Below are positions 28,101 through 41,800 of a stretch of 64,000 bases of DNA, piece after piece (the first letter of the stretch is position 1; every line of letters starts with the position of its first letter). The stretch is from positions 2,928,635 through 2,992,634 of the forward strand of contig CM082592.2 in NCBI GenBank assembly GCA_040954595.2, written 5' to 3'. The notes beneath the pieces were generated by a model. The model was not told the DNA's origin. It did no database searches and was given only the letters and a program-made list of their open reading frames with translations. This stretch comes from Balanoglossus misakiensis (lineage: Eukaryota > Animalia > Hemichordata). Position numbers and translations under genes: made by a program.

Positions 28101-30522
28101 TTCCCAGTAGCATTTTCGTTCACAATTCAAGCAATCTGGTTTCGTGTTTTTTTGGAATTTGGCCGCTTGCAGCAAGGTTAACAAACACGTCAATGTTAAA
28201 GCTCCATTAGCTGTAACTTCTGGCTGTGTTTTCAGTATTTTTGTTTTGTGTATCTACTGCAGTTTCTTGTTCAAATTCCTGAAAACATGATAAAATGCTC
28301 AGCATATACATGACTGTATGTATCATCAGTATTTTTACTGTGCAGAATTTGAATTCAAATTCAGACTAGAATAAATTCAATTCATTTTTCAACGATAACA
28401 ATTGTAGTTATACACATACTGGCTATAATATCAGACAAGCTGAGTACTGGGTAATTAAATAAGCATGCTGTGTGGAGTGGAGCAAGAAAGAATCTATACA
28501 GAACTGCTGTTTGTATGCTTTACCTTTAATACAGTAATAAGTAATCACTGTAAATGTTTCATAGAAATTTATGAAGCCAAATGATGTAATAAGTCGCTCC
28601 AATTCACACAATGGTTCTACTTAATAAACATTTAAAATGATTTGACTTGAGTGTTCTGTAGACTCTTCTGTAAAACCAGTCTGAATCCAACCCTGTCTAA
28701 TCTGGAAACCTAGTTATTAGATCGGTTTACATATTTTCCAGTCCCTACCATGTTACTATGGATGTCTATCTACTGATTGCAAGATCTCGTTTCACAGTGG
28801 GAACGTTAATCCCTCCTTTTCATTGAGTGTGTTCAGTCTTGTATAACTTGTACTGCCACCCACCCCCAAACCACCCCACCCACCTTTTTTCCTATGTAAG
28901 AAAATGTTAATAGGAACCTCTGAAGTCTGTAGTAAGAGTCTGCTGCGATTTTATAATGACAGTAACCACAGCTCAAATGGGTTTTCACTGCTTGGGGATC
29001 AAATCGCATTATAATAATTGCATTTTGGGTGAAAGGGGTGACTACTCGCTGTAGTACGAATTAGAAGAATTTATATGTTAACTGTATTAAATGACTTCCT
29101 TTGGTTATAAATTTGACTTTATTAAAAGTAAGAATATATATAGAACTCATCCAAATTATTTTGATGTTTTTCTGCTACAAAGTTTTCGAACGAGCCAATG
29201 TCAATTCAGCTAATAAACTTCCATTTGTTACAACAAGGCAAAAATCATGTGAGATTTTCATTACTCACCTAGGCAAAGAGAAATAACTGGACAACTATAT
29301 GAAGTGACTGTGTTCTAGACTACCAGGTAATGACTATTGTGTGTGTGTCTGCTGGTCTGTCTGTCCGTCGGTAGCACTCTCTCATTCTCTCTCTTGTGAG
29401 TGAAGACATTAACATATCCCAATAAACACATGTTTATTAAGCTGATTACAAGTACAAAATATTTAACTTAGCTGATTACAAACATGATATCACAATCAAC
29501 AGACATAAAACCCAGCAGGAAGATATCACAATTCACAGGACATGTTGCAGCAGAAAACAGACACATATTCTTATCTACAAATTCAGTCTCATTAAGATGG
29601 GACACCCATATTTTTTGCCAGTTGCTATTTTGGGACATTACACCCAAATTTGGACAAAACTGTCCAGAGGCTGGTAACTAGTTGAAAATATGTATGAACC
29701 ATGTTTGTGGGCATGCACCAGAGACAAAATTGATCGGTAGGTCAAAACTCAAAACTTGGATTTCAGCATACATGTACCACCCCTAAAAAACTCACCCATT
29801 TTGATATTCTTGGCCTACACTCAAAACAGACTGTACACCAATAGCAACTGACAAAAAGATACCGGTGCCGTAACTTAAATTTGCTTCTATCTTTTGTATT
29901 TCGTAATTGTGCCACCGTCCTAAATAACAGAAATTATAGGCATATAAAGAATATAAAAAAAGACAAAGCATATAACTGAATAAGATTGATACAGCCTGTG
30001 GACAAAACTTTTGAAATCTTCCTACGTCACAATTAAATCACAGTTATGAGAAGAAACCATTCCTGGATATGACATTGCTGTTTCTTACAAGCCTATTTGG
30101 CTTTTTGTATTGAACAGATAGAATTATCTCTTCTTATGTTCTATGATGTACCATGACACAAGATAACAAAAAAATTCTTAAAATTATACAAAAAGTACCA
30201 GTCAGAAACAAGTAAGAGATTTGCAGTAAACGGCTCATCTGGAATAATGAAATTGTGCAAAACACAGTTTTCATATTCTGATTTTCTTTATAAACTAGTC
30301 ACATGATCTCAGCTGGTCATGTGATCCTAAACTTTACCATATGATATGACAAAAGATACATTAACAAATGCTAATGATAAGAAAAATCATATTAAACAAG
30401 TCATTGTCAATGACACAGTCCTTGTTCCTTAGAAGATTATGAATAAATGGAGGAAATCCTGGTGGAATGAAATCAGTCAAGGCAAGCCTGCAAAATGGCT
30501 CATGTCACAATTTTTGGCTTAA

Positions 30523-31026
30523 AGGCACGTAAGCTGTAACTTTTGGGATAATTTTCATAATTTTTGTTTCAAACTGCACTACCATTAGTCCATGCAGATG
30601 AAGGCATTGAACAATACACAAGCATTATAAACCCTAAATATGAGTGCATATGCAAGTTTTAACCAGATAAATAATAAAGCTTTGCCGCAAGCGATTATGG
30701 CCGCCACCGTGGGAAAATGCAAGAAACAATGAAAATGTCGCATTTCCGGTTGTGAAACTTCATAAACAAAACATGATCTCATCCACTGGAGCTCATGGAA
30801 GTAAATGTACACCACTGAGACATCAGATTTTCATTTTTCATTGCAATATTGCACTTTTTTAAAAATTGCAGGAATTTTCGTTTTTCTTTAATTTTTGGCC
30901 ATTTTGTCATAAATAAGTGTTGAGCTTAATATATTATCATGAAATAGCATTTAATAGACATAATTAAAAGCATATATGAGATTATTTAAAACTTTAAATT
31001 TTTATCCAGTTGCAGCTTACGTGCCT
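30523..31026. mobile_element. TTAA-flanked TIR element (Kolobok-like, non-autonomous)
   Basis: ttaa|aggcacgtaagctgtaact ... agttgcagcttacgtgcct|ttaa. A similar right end occurs at about 21400-21484. Confidence 0.8.
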
Positions 31027-31992
31027 TTAATAGAAAAGGTATCTGGGTAAAAATGTCATGGTTATATATACTTAGGGAACCTGCCCATCTTCATATAAGT
31101 GAATAAAATGATAATTTCATAGAACAAGAACATTTCTGTAACTAAATCATAAACAATAACACACATGGATACTAATTCTAGTTTTGATATATTTGACATA
31201 TAAATCTATCAAACAACCAAAGGAATATTGAGATTTGTTACATGTGAAACATCATCATATTTCACACCTATAGAGTTATCAATGGAAAATTGTGCAATGA
31301 ATTACATTGTATTCTCAAGAGAAAACATTTTAATGGTCTCAATAATAGAAAATATAAAATATGTCAAACATAAATTTATCCCAGATATTTTCACTTTGTG
31401 TGATAGTTCATTAAAAATGCCATGGCCAAATAATGAACTTTAAGGAATATTAATGTTGTTCCAATATAGCTTGTCTCAGTTTTACCACACTGATAATAAA
31501 CAATTCAGTTTAGCACAGTTTCAGCATCAAAGATGAAGCCTTCATGAACAGTATACAAATATTGAATAGCTAATGCAGTCGACATGCAATGAAAGAAGAC
31601 AGTTATAACAGACAGGTTCAGCTACACGTTTCACATGAAAGTGAAATGTCACAAATTTTTGTGATGACATCATCAAATTTTGTGTCAATATTGGCATTCA
31701 TGTAAATGGCGTTGTGTTTAATTTTTACATGCAGATAGGTGATTTCACGTTAGTTGCAAACATGAAATGTTAGCTAATTTGTGGGAAACAAAAAATCACA
31801 AATGCCTTGTCTCACAGTGACAAACACGAACGCATATTCATTTTGTGGGTCATTTTATGTGAAATTTGGTCATCGATTTGTATGGTCACCCTGAAGGCTT
31901 TAATTCCTTTTATCATCAATATGCAGCGTCGCACCATGCTCACAGGGGAATTAGGTATATGCTGGGTCTATTATACTGTTACATATGAAGAA

Positions 31993-32444
31993 TTATAATA
32001 TACCTCATGCTAATACTGTGCCGTGATTCGCCAGAATCCGTCACGTGATAGGAAAATAGAATCGACTATGAACCGCTAGGGAAATAGCAGAAAAAATATA
32101 AACCGGTCACGTGACCAGCGTGAGTGCGCAGACTCGGTCACGTCAATCAGCCTCGCGTCGTCTGACACAATGGCCACCGCGGAAGATGTTGTCTGCCAGC
32201 CTCAAGAGAAAATTGCAAGATTTTCCCAGCTATTAGCATGAGGTTTATTATAAAACACCTATAGCCTGGCCTATATTCGGGCTATAGCAGCCGTTTTTAC
32301 CCCCTCGTGACTGTGAGTTACCAGAATAATATGCTATTTCACTCGGCCTGCGGCCTCGGGAAATAGCATATGATTCTGGTAACTCACAGCCCCTCGGGTG
32401 TAATAAACGGCCGCTATGGCCCTCATGGCCAGGCAATAGGTGTT
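31993..32444. mobile_element. Non-autonomous element with an inverted-repeat pair followed directly by a long terminal hairpin
   Basis: ttataatatacctcatgctaata (31993-32015) and tattagcatgaggtttattataa (32231-32253) form an inverted pair with 1 mismatch. An imperfect hairpin follows at 32254-32444, centred on ctcggcctgcggcctcgg. Confidence 0.7.
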
Positions 32445-33523
32445 CAATATAAAACATTTTTGAACAGTACAAACATAAATTAATATTTTTAATATTATAA
32501 CACAGAATCACTCTACAATGTAATATTGTGAAAAAACTAATTATCAGTGTCAGTGCTAAGAATTATAAGAAATACCAGCTGACAAGAACTCTGCGGTAAA
32601 GAATGGATGTGCCACACAAACAGATGTTTGACTTGATGCTTTTCCATGCCATAGTCTAAAAATGCAAACGTAAACATGGGTTCTACGCTGATGTAGCTGA
32701 ACCTGTCTAATGGTATAATGAGCAGGTGATACCTTAACAATATTCAAATCACCACTGATTATAACTGATGGTGTCTAAGATTTCAAACAGAGTTCTTCAA
32801 TGTCAACCATTCATTGGTCATTTGAGGAGTGTTGTGAGAGTGAGGGAGGTTGTAGCCATGGTGACTGGTTGGAGTGAAGTGTCTGAATGATCAAGTCAGA
32901 TGGGCCAAGGTGATTCTAATCAGAAATTGTGCGTGTGGGGGTGATTATCCATTATCTTCTATACATTCTACAGTTGCAACAATATAAAACATTGTGGGTC
33001 TGTATTCTCTACATACTAAACAGACCATATAATCATTCACATAAAATTCTCAGTAAAAGCGATCGAAAATCTGGTTTTCCTGCAACATTGTTCGCAGCTG
33101 AATACATCAGAATAAAAAAAATCCATGAAACATTATGAGCTGATAATACACAAAGACCTTATGCCTGCAGGTATAGCATGTGTGCGATGGTCCCAATGGA
33201 AAACATCATCTCTTGATGATTGCCAAGGTTTATCTAGAAGAGATGTACTCCTGGCAAGACATTGGAAAATTGCTGGAAGGCAAATGTGGGTTGGCATGAA
33301 AAGAAATCTAACATGTACAATTATACTAGGGTTGTTATGAAAATAAAGAGAAGTCCACCGTCAGACATTACATCACCAAGCATTCTACATTGGCAATATA
33401 GGGGACTGATGATTTCATATGCAATAGTATTCTCATAAACGTATTCTAATAATATCATTTATCTCTGTCAGTAAATTTCATCCATGCTAGTTAGTTTGAT
33501 ATTCTCTGAATCATGCACAGACA

Positions 33524-33726
33524 TACTGTAACATGGGAAATTTTCACAAGCGATAAATTTTCGTGAACTTCACAAGAGCAAAAAAACAACAACGTGAAAA
33601 TGTTTTTCGGAGATATCGATACAGTCAGTGAAATACGAAAATGCGAAAATTAATTTGTCGCGTAACATTTGCCTCTTTTTATATCGCGAAAAATTTCCTG
33701 TTGCGAAAATTTCCCGTTTTACAGTA
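33524..33726. mobile_element. Copy of the ~210-bp tactgta MITE (opposite orientation)
   Basis: tactgtaacatgggaaatttt ... aaaatttcccgttttacagta. Confidence 0.8.
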
Positions 33727-35865
33727 CAATGTACGAACCAACTGGATAAAATCCAGACATACTAGTATTAAATGGAATGGATAGTCCTAACAAATGAGGA
33801 TCATTACAGAAGCTTGTAATTCTGAATATGACGGCCATCACTCACATTCCATCTACTTCTGAATACAAATAATAATATTCTTTTATCTCTCACTGTTTAT
33901 GATCAAGGCAGCTTAATAATCATTACAAGATACGTCTTGATGAAAAAGGATCTTGGTTGTTCATAATATAGTTTTACCAAGTTTGTAAAAACAAATCTGT
34001 GAAGCCAAACATCTGCAATGACATTGTTGAGCCATCAATATACACACACTTTCAGCCCACGCTGGTAGCTGACAACTGAATTTCAGTCCAGACAGAACTT
34101 TTTATGTTATCAATAACATTCCACTTTACAGGTATATATAGTGACACGCTAAATACTTGGCATTTAAGGCAAGTAGAACAATAAATTGTATTTGTTCAAT
34201 GCAAATGCCAAAATAATAAAATTATCGTTAAAATTTACAGCTATACTGTCTGCTTAACTGGCAAGTTTTGTTTATTTTGGTGAACCAAATAATATCTGAA
34301 ACATTTCAGGAATGAAATTACTACTGAAACTAAAATCTAAGCAATACAGTCTGCAATCTGTATTTTATGGTTGAATAGAGTTGTGATTGACACCTGTGTG
34401 GCAAGACTCATGTGGAGGCCGAGCTATCTACACAGTACCATCCTTTCTGATTATTGAATATATAACAAAGTTTAAGTAGATTATTTGCAAAAATGTAAAC
34501 ATGTCTTGTAAGCTCAACTTACCTAATGAGAGTAGCATTTTTGTTTAGTGAAATTCCTGAAACATGTTTTAATGTCTGCAGCTGGACTGAAAAAAATAAC
34601 TTTTTAGTTCTTATGTGATGTGCTTGAATGTGGTCAATACTGTTTTGAAAACTTGTATGGTTAGGATAATAAGACAAATACAAGAAAATTAATATTAATT
34701 GTATAAAAATATGAAGACAATGATGCATATATACTGTTAAGTCGGAAATTTTCGCGAACAATAAATTTTTGTGAATTACGCAAGAGCCAAAAAAAATGCG
34801 TAAATAAAAAGTCGCGTAAAATGTTTTTCGGAGATAACGATGCAGTGAAATGCGAGAACGCGAAAAATTCATCCTCGCGTAACAGTTGCCTCTTTTGACA
34901 TCGCGAAAACTTCCTGTCGCGAAAATTTCCTGTTTTAAAGTTTGTATTTGTGATAAGATTTGTGTTTCAATGTCTTTCTGACAATGTGAAAATGAACTGA
35001 ATAAATACACCTGTACTGACATGTAAACAGAAGACTGACTGACCGGAGACCATTTTGGTAAACACACGTCATATATTGTCAGAATCGCTTCACAACACAT
35101 CACACAACACTGTCACATCATTTTGTTATTAGGGAATATCGCCCTTTGCACGAAATATATAAACATCTCATACAGAGAATGTTTCATTGAAGCCAAACCC
35201 AATTTTTTTGCAATACTGCATTTTAACAAAACGTCAGTAAAAAATTCCATCAGCTCTGATTACTTGGAAAAAATAAATTTACCGCATTTATGAAAAAAAA
35301 ATATGATAAATGATATTGACATTCTGGCAAAACTACAGACAGTAGAAACAAACATTGTAGAAAGATGACTTAGAGTTCATTGTTGTTGTCCATGTAATGA
35401 GATGTCTTGTATCACTATACAGTCAGGAAATAATAACACATCATATTTTATAAACTCAATGCTATTTATGACTATTTAGCAAACAATACATGGCCAAAGA
35501 AATTAAAAAAAAAATTAAGGTTACACAAATGAGTAATTATTAAATAATTTCTGGTAATTGCTTTATAAATTCTAAATTTTGTTGTTATAAAAAATGAGTA
35601 AAAATAGCTTTGTTTCATTCTAAAAGCTCTGTTATTACCATTTTTTCAACATAAATACTTTCAATTTCAATTAATAAAACAAAATTGATTCCATTACCTG
35701 TAAAATACATTTCTGTTGTGCTCAAAAGTCTCTCTTGCAGAATACATATCCTTCACCCCCAGTTCCCTCTTTAGAGATCCTACCTTGCCTTAGAAAACAC
35801 TGGGTTTGGACTGCACCATGGTGGTGAAACGGGTTTATGGGGTTGAATATCTGGTATTAATGCTG

Positions 35866-38800
35866 TCACTCTGTACTGGATGCTGTTGGTTTTTGCCACC
35901 GTTTGGGCGTTTCCCGGGGTCCATTAGTTTTGAAGGGTCTATTAGGGAAACCTGTCAATCAAACAAAGACATAACCACATGTGTCAATAAAAACAGTGCA
36001 ATTATTTGACACCAACGCCTACCGTACTTCATAAGGCAGCAGTAACCAGAAAGCATTTGCAAGAAAAAGTGAAATTCCAGAGACAAGAGCTATTGAATAT
36101 AAGAAGATCGACTGCTTTGGAAAATGTTGCTGTCTAATTTGAAAAATTTATCACACACTGAAATATTCACTATCAGAAACAGAAATTAGTACGTCACATA
36201 AACAATATCAAGAAAAGTCAGCTGGTGGGAGAATTTGGCCTGTGAAAGGGGTCGGCCAGGAGAAGTCATCCAATTATCAATATTTAACAAGAAAAACACA
36301 TTGCAGACTTTCATTGGCAACTGTTGTCACATATTAAGAATCTGAATCTAACCAACTGGGTGATATGCTCATAGCAGGATGTACCATCACAGTACATTGT
36401 GATCATCAACAACTGTAAGTTAAAAGCAGCTTGTCAGATCAAAGATTTTTTTTTTATTTAATATTGGGAAAGCCAACGGGATCTAGTTCCATAGTATATA
36501 CATGTAATAGCTTTGGACAAAACAACATTATAACAAAACAGCAATTAGACAGCCATAGCTGACTGTATTAGCACATACTGTTTGCATTATCTCTGCTGTC
36601 AGTCAGGTTTACTTACACTGCCTACATTTATGGCACTTCATGTATAAATATTGCAGTAGTCATACACAATGACTGAATCCAGTCAGGTTTTTGGTTCAAA
36701 ACAGAAACAAAACTTACTAATGTCTTGCATGTGATGCACTCGGGGAGTTGGTGTAAATGTTGGACTGTGATCTCTCTTCACTTGTCCTGAAAGTACAATA
36801 ACAATTATAATAACAGCTATTAATAATTTGTCTCTCATTCATTTGCCAAGAAATGTACATATATTTCATAAAATGTCAAAAATAGTGTCAATCGCACTGT
36901 GCTCCAATCTGACCAGAACTGCCATATTTATGTGTGCCATTGGTGTTTTCTCTCGACAGCACGACTGTGCAAATTGCACATTTTAGCTGTTTTGTGCCCT
37001 TTAAATTTTTTACCCAAAGCACAGGAAGTGTGCACTAGGGGCAAGCGCTGGCCGTGCGTCTGCAATACAACGATCCGACATGACACAGTGAGTGGGCTTT
37101 GCTTTGGCTGTTGTGCATAGTGGTACTACTCCCTCTGTCTAAACAATCCATTGCCATATATCGCCATTGTAACGTGTGAAGTCTACAACATACGTAATGT
37201 GGAGAGTACCCAAACATGGGAACAGCCAACAGCCTACTTGTGCTTTGAGACCCTTAGAGACAAGTACAATTCAAATTTAGTTCATGTATGGGAATTTGTT
37301 TTATGAACTTCTGCATAGAGACTAGTTGTATTGAAGGCAGTTGTGAGTTTCCTGACAATGTGTCTTCATCAAACACATGAGCATGAATATTCATTTCATA
37401 TCTGGTATAAATTATAAAGCATACGTATTTAAACTTACTTAAATATTCTTCTAAATCCTGATGAAGATTTTGGGGTATTGACGATCTTCCCATATGGGTT
37501 GGTTTAGCACTGGCTGGCGGAGGTGCAGGTTTTGCACTGGCTGGGGGTAAGTCTGGTTTAGCACTGGCCGGTGGTGGCACTGGTTTAGCACTGGTTTGTG
37601 ATGGCTTAGCACTTGAACTATCCTCACTTTTTTTCTTTCCTGGCATCTAAATCAGCAACAGAATACAATAAATAACAGTTTTCATTGGCAACTTGTATAA
37701 ATTGTAATCACTGATTTTGGTGAAAAACCGTTTGCATATACATGTATTGGTCCCAAATTATGGAAAAATCTGCCTTTCGACCTTCGTCACTTTGAGTCTG
37801 CCCTTTCTTTTCATCGTTCACTCAAGACTAATTTCTTTAAGGAGCAGTATTGATGTTTGTGCATATACATACATGTACGTACGTACGTACGTACGTACGT
37901 ATGTATGTACATCAACTATTATGTATACCGGTACATACCGGTACATACATACATGTGTATATGTAGTACCAGGGTATCACTTTGCTCAAGGCATGCCCTA
38001 GTATGTCTGAACAAGGGAAATATCAGTCAAAAGTCAGTTCTTAGATACAACAAAATTGATTAGAGCCTCTCATGACACAACATTCACAGCAAATTTTCCT
38101 CAGACCAGCTAGACATTTCATGGATATGTACATGTATGTGGGTACTGAGGGCATCCAATTTACCAATGACGCTACTGGTATTTTTCAAGCAAACGGGAAT
38201 CAAAAACCTTACCCTAAACTTAAATCTTTTTGCCAATTTCAAGGCACTAGCTGCAGCGCTTAAACTTTCAGTAGACTCTGAAGATCCTGACTGTTTCTGG
38301 TCAGTGCTTTCCATGCTGTAATCAAAACACAAATCATACAATTTTTACGTTTAGTTTTACATCCACCTTACAACACTGAATTTCAATATACTGGTACATC
38401 TTCTTAAGCTTTTTCTGCACTTAATTTTTTCTACAATGTTTTATAGAATGTTTCGGTACAACATAACAGAAACCTGTTATTTTAAAATTCAACAAATCAA
38501 TCATCATGATAGCAAAAGCCTATTTTGGTGACTCAGTGCAAGAGGGACGCAACTCCTAGGCTATGTTATAATAAAGAGAGTTACATCTCTCTTGCACTAA
38601 GTCATTGATTTAAGCATAGACCCTGGAGCTGGAGCGAAAGGGACCAACGACTGTGGCTGTTTGTTTGAAGCAGCGTCTGTGGTAATCACCCTTATCTGTC
38701 ATAAACATGATTAGCATCGCCAGAGAGAGAGAGAGGCCACCCAGATCGTTTATCATAGTTTCATGCGGTGTGCGAGATGTGTCTACGCAAATTATCACGA

Positions 38801-41800
38801 AACCTCGTAAAGCACGATATGTGACTTTGTGAGACTGTTCACACGTGCCAATAAGCTTTAATACCCAAGCGAGTTTGTTTATCGTCGAACGGCCAAGTGT
38901 ATGGACATAATGCGAGAAAACAAAGGGATATCCAGCAGAATCCCAGCAGAGTTATTACTTTATGCGCAAGAAGTGGTCGATTGATCTTTGCCACAGTCGT
39001 TTGTCTTCTTTCTCCAGGGTCTGTTACTGTTACTGTTAAGTTAATATGTCATCAGTTCTATTTGCATTTACCTGCCATGACTGTCTAATGATGCAGTTTC
39101 CGTGATATCTGAAGAATCATCTTCATCTGAAACACAAGAGGATATTACAATGTGATATTGATTCCTTTCATCATGTATTTGTCACTATTCAATCCAACTG
39201 GATGCCATTTGAATCAATCAGTTAGCTGCAGAAAATCTTCAAAAATCAACCTATTACAAAAATGTTAATATTACAAAAATGTTAATTTTGTTTATCTGAT
39301 TGTTTGAATAATACCAACATCTGACTTATTAAGTTGTTTTGACTCAAAGTTTTGACGATTGCCTTGAATGATATGAAAGACATACCATAAGGGGGTGCTG
39401 TAAGGAAAGGCATTTTTCCATAAACTGAAATGTGGATGTTGTCCACTATAGTCTTTGTTTTAGGAAATGTGTTTTGTGTTAGAAATACAAACACAGGATT
39501 TATGTGTCACTGAATAATACAGAAACCTTAAATTAAATTAGTTTCTACTTATTTTCAAAACGCAAGAATATTGTACTGTATAAGGGGCACAATCAACATT
39601 TCCCATATCAAGCCTGAAATGCCAATATTATATTTCTATATTGATATTTCTGTTGATATATGTGCACAACTTTTGCAATAATTTGGATTATGTACTTGGA
39701 CACCGATTTAATTACATTGTACCACAGATTCTGTGGAAAAAGAAAAGCACAGGTTTCAAATCAGAGCAGAAAGACGATGTATACTGACCTACGAATTGAT
39801 ATGAAGCCGGTGTTCTGTCGGGTAGATCTGGTGGCATAACATTACAATCTTCTGACAAGCTTCTTGGCAATACAGCTGAAATGAACAAGTCAATACATTT
39901 AAGACTATTTTCCCATTTTTGTCCTTTCATTAATAATCCGGTGAGAGTTATCATTACACCCCAGTAGCTCATGTTTGCATGCAATGTCTACATGAAACAC
40001 AATTCTCCCTACCTCAAATAGGTGAGTGATGAAAATCTCATATGGTCGACACAATTTCAAGATGGCCGATTTTTGCCATGTTTAAAAAATGGGAGTTCAT
40101 AAGCTAAAGTGATGATGGGTCATTCTGAAACTTTGTAACAGAAAAATATAACAAAATGCGAAAAAATGAGTTGACTATGCTAACTACAAAGACAGACATG
40201 TTTGACTAAAGGAAGTCATGAAATACATGTACAGTAAACATATCATTTCTTCTATCTCTTACTACAGTGGGTTGTCGACTTTTCGACCGCAATGCAATGT
40301 GATTTGACCCCCCTAGCGCAAAGTGAAAACCGATTTAAGGCAGCCAGAATTAAGCATACAAAGATTTGATTGATATAAGAAGTTTAATGATGAGGTTGGG
40401 CACTGAGAGAGTTAACATTTAGGTACCCTGGAGGCTGGTATATTTAGAGGTTGTTTTGACTCCAACATTTAGTTTTCAAAAAATAATTTACCTCTTTTAC
40501 CCTTTGCTTACTAATGTCAGATCAAACTTAGTACTAATGCTTACCAGCTGGCTTTGCAACTACCCGCTTTGGTCCAACTACGGCATATTCTGAACTTTCA
40601 TCTTCTATTGTAACATTTTCACCTTTTGGAGAATCACTCATTGGTAGAACCGGTTCAATATCTTCATATTCATGCCTTCTGGGCTGACGTCTAGGTTTGG
40701 GATCAGCTACAACAGCATAAGCCTCGTCTTGCCGAGTCTCTGCCACTACATCATGTTGTAATCCTCCACTTCTTGCAGCTTTCCCAGGATTTTCTGGTTT
40801 CTTAGACATTCCATTGTCAGCCATTTGTTTTTGTTTCGTTCTGAGTTCAGCGGCAAGGATGTTCTCCAGTTGTGCTTTTGTACCCAACTCATCTTTTGGT
40901 GGCTTCTTCACATCTCCCTCCTTCTGTCTCTCTCTGAAATCTCTCTTCATCTCAACTGCTTCGTATTCGTGCTCATCACCTAAATTACTCGAAGAGTCAA
41001 ACATTTTGTTGGAGTTGTCCTGCTGGAATTTGGTCAGCTGGTCTTGTGAAACAGTCGGTTGTGCTGGTTTTGTAGGAGTTTTTGAGTCCGTTTTCACCTC
41101 TTTCTTCAACTGACCTTCTGATGGAGGTTTCTTCTTCAGCAAAGCCTGTTCTTGAAGTTCTTGCATGAAGGCCATTTTAGCGGACGACACAGTGCCAGGT
41201 TTTACTCTTTCGTACGTTTCCCCTTGTTGACCTCTCTGCTTACTGTTGCCGTCGTAATCATCATCCCCAACCATCTGTGTCTGTTCTAGTGACGCGTGCT
41301 TGGATCTTACGACAAGCGTTGGTTTCTCACTGCTCGTTTTTCTCAACTCTGCCAGACTGGGCGATCGTGGTGCGGGTACGGGTTTGGCCTCGCTTTGAGT
41401 ATCCCAGGCGGGCTCCTCTTCACTGTATTGTACATTCAGATAGCTGTGTGTATTCTTGTTTTGTCTCTTTCGATCAACTGGCGATGGTGTACCTATTAGA
41501 TTCAAAACAGTGGGTCAAGATGTTACTTTGGTTTGAAGCAGTAAAAATAGACAGACAGAGTTCGATCTGCAATTTCCCCATAATATCTCGGCAGGGATTT
41601 TTTTTTCAATCTGATCTGTTTCCAATTTCATATACTACTCACCACGCAATAACAAAAGTCAAGTTAATGCAACACAACAAAATTTGGATGCTCAGTTTAC
41701 TGGAAATTATGGTCTGTACCCAATACAAAATACATACACCGAAAGTCCCAATCAGACAACACCAACACAACCAAGATGAAGACACATTACAGATTATTTT

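Noticed and set aside
34519-35103. 194-aa minus-strand ORF
   Set aside because: It overlaps a MITE copy, has no recognisable domain and lies in AT-rich sequence downstream of the PTPN12-like stop.
25200-35700. Hidden gene in the 10-kb region between the GPCR and the phosphatase
   Set aside because: No coherent exon chain or recognisable protein was found by eye. It looks like UTR/intergenic DNA with repeats, though small exons or ncRNA cannot be excluded.
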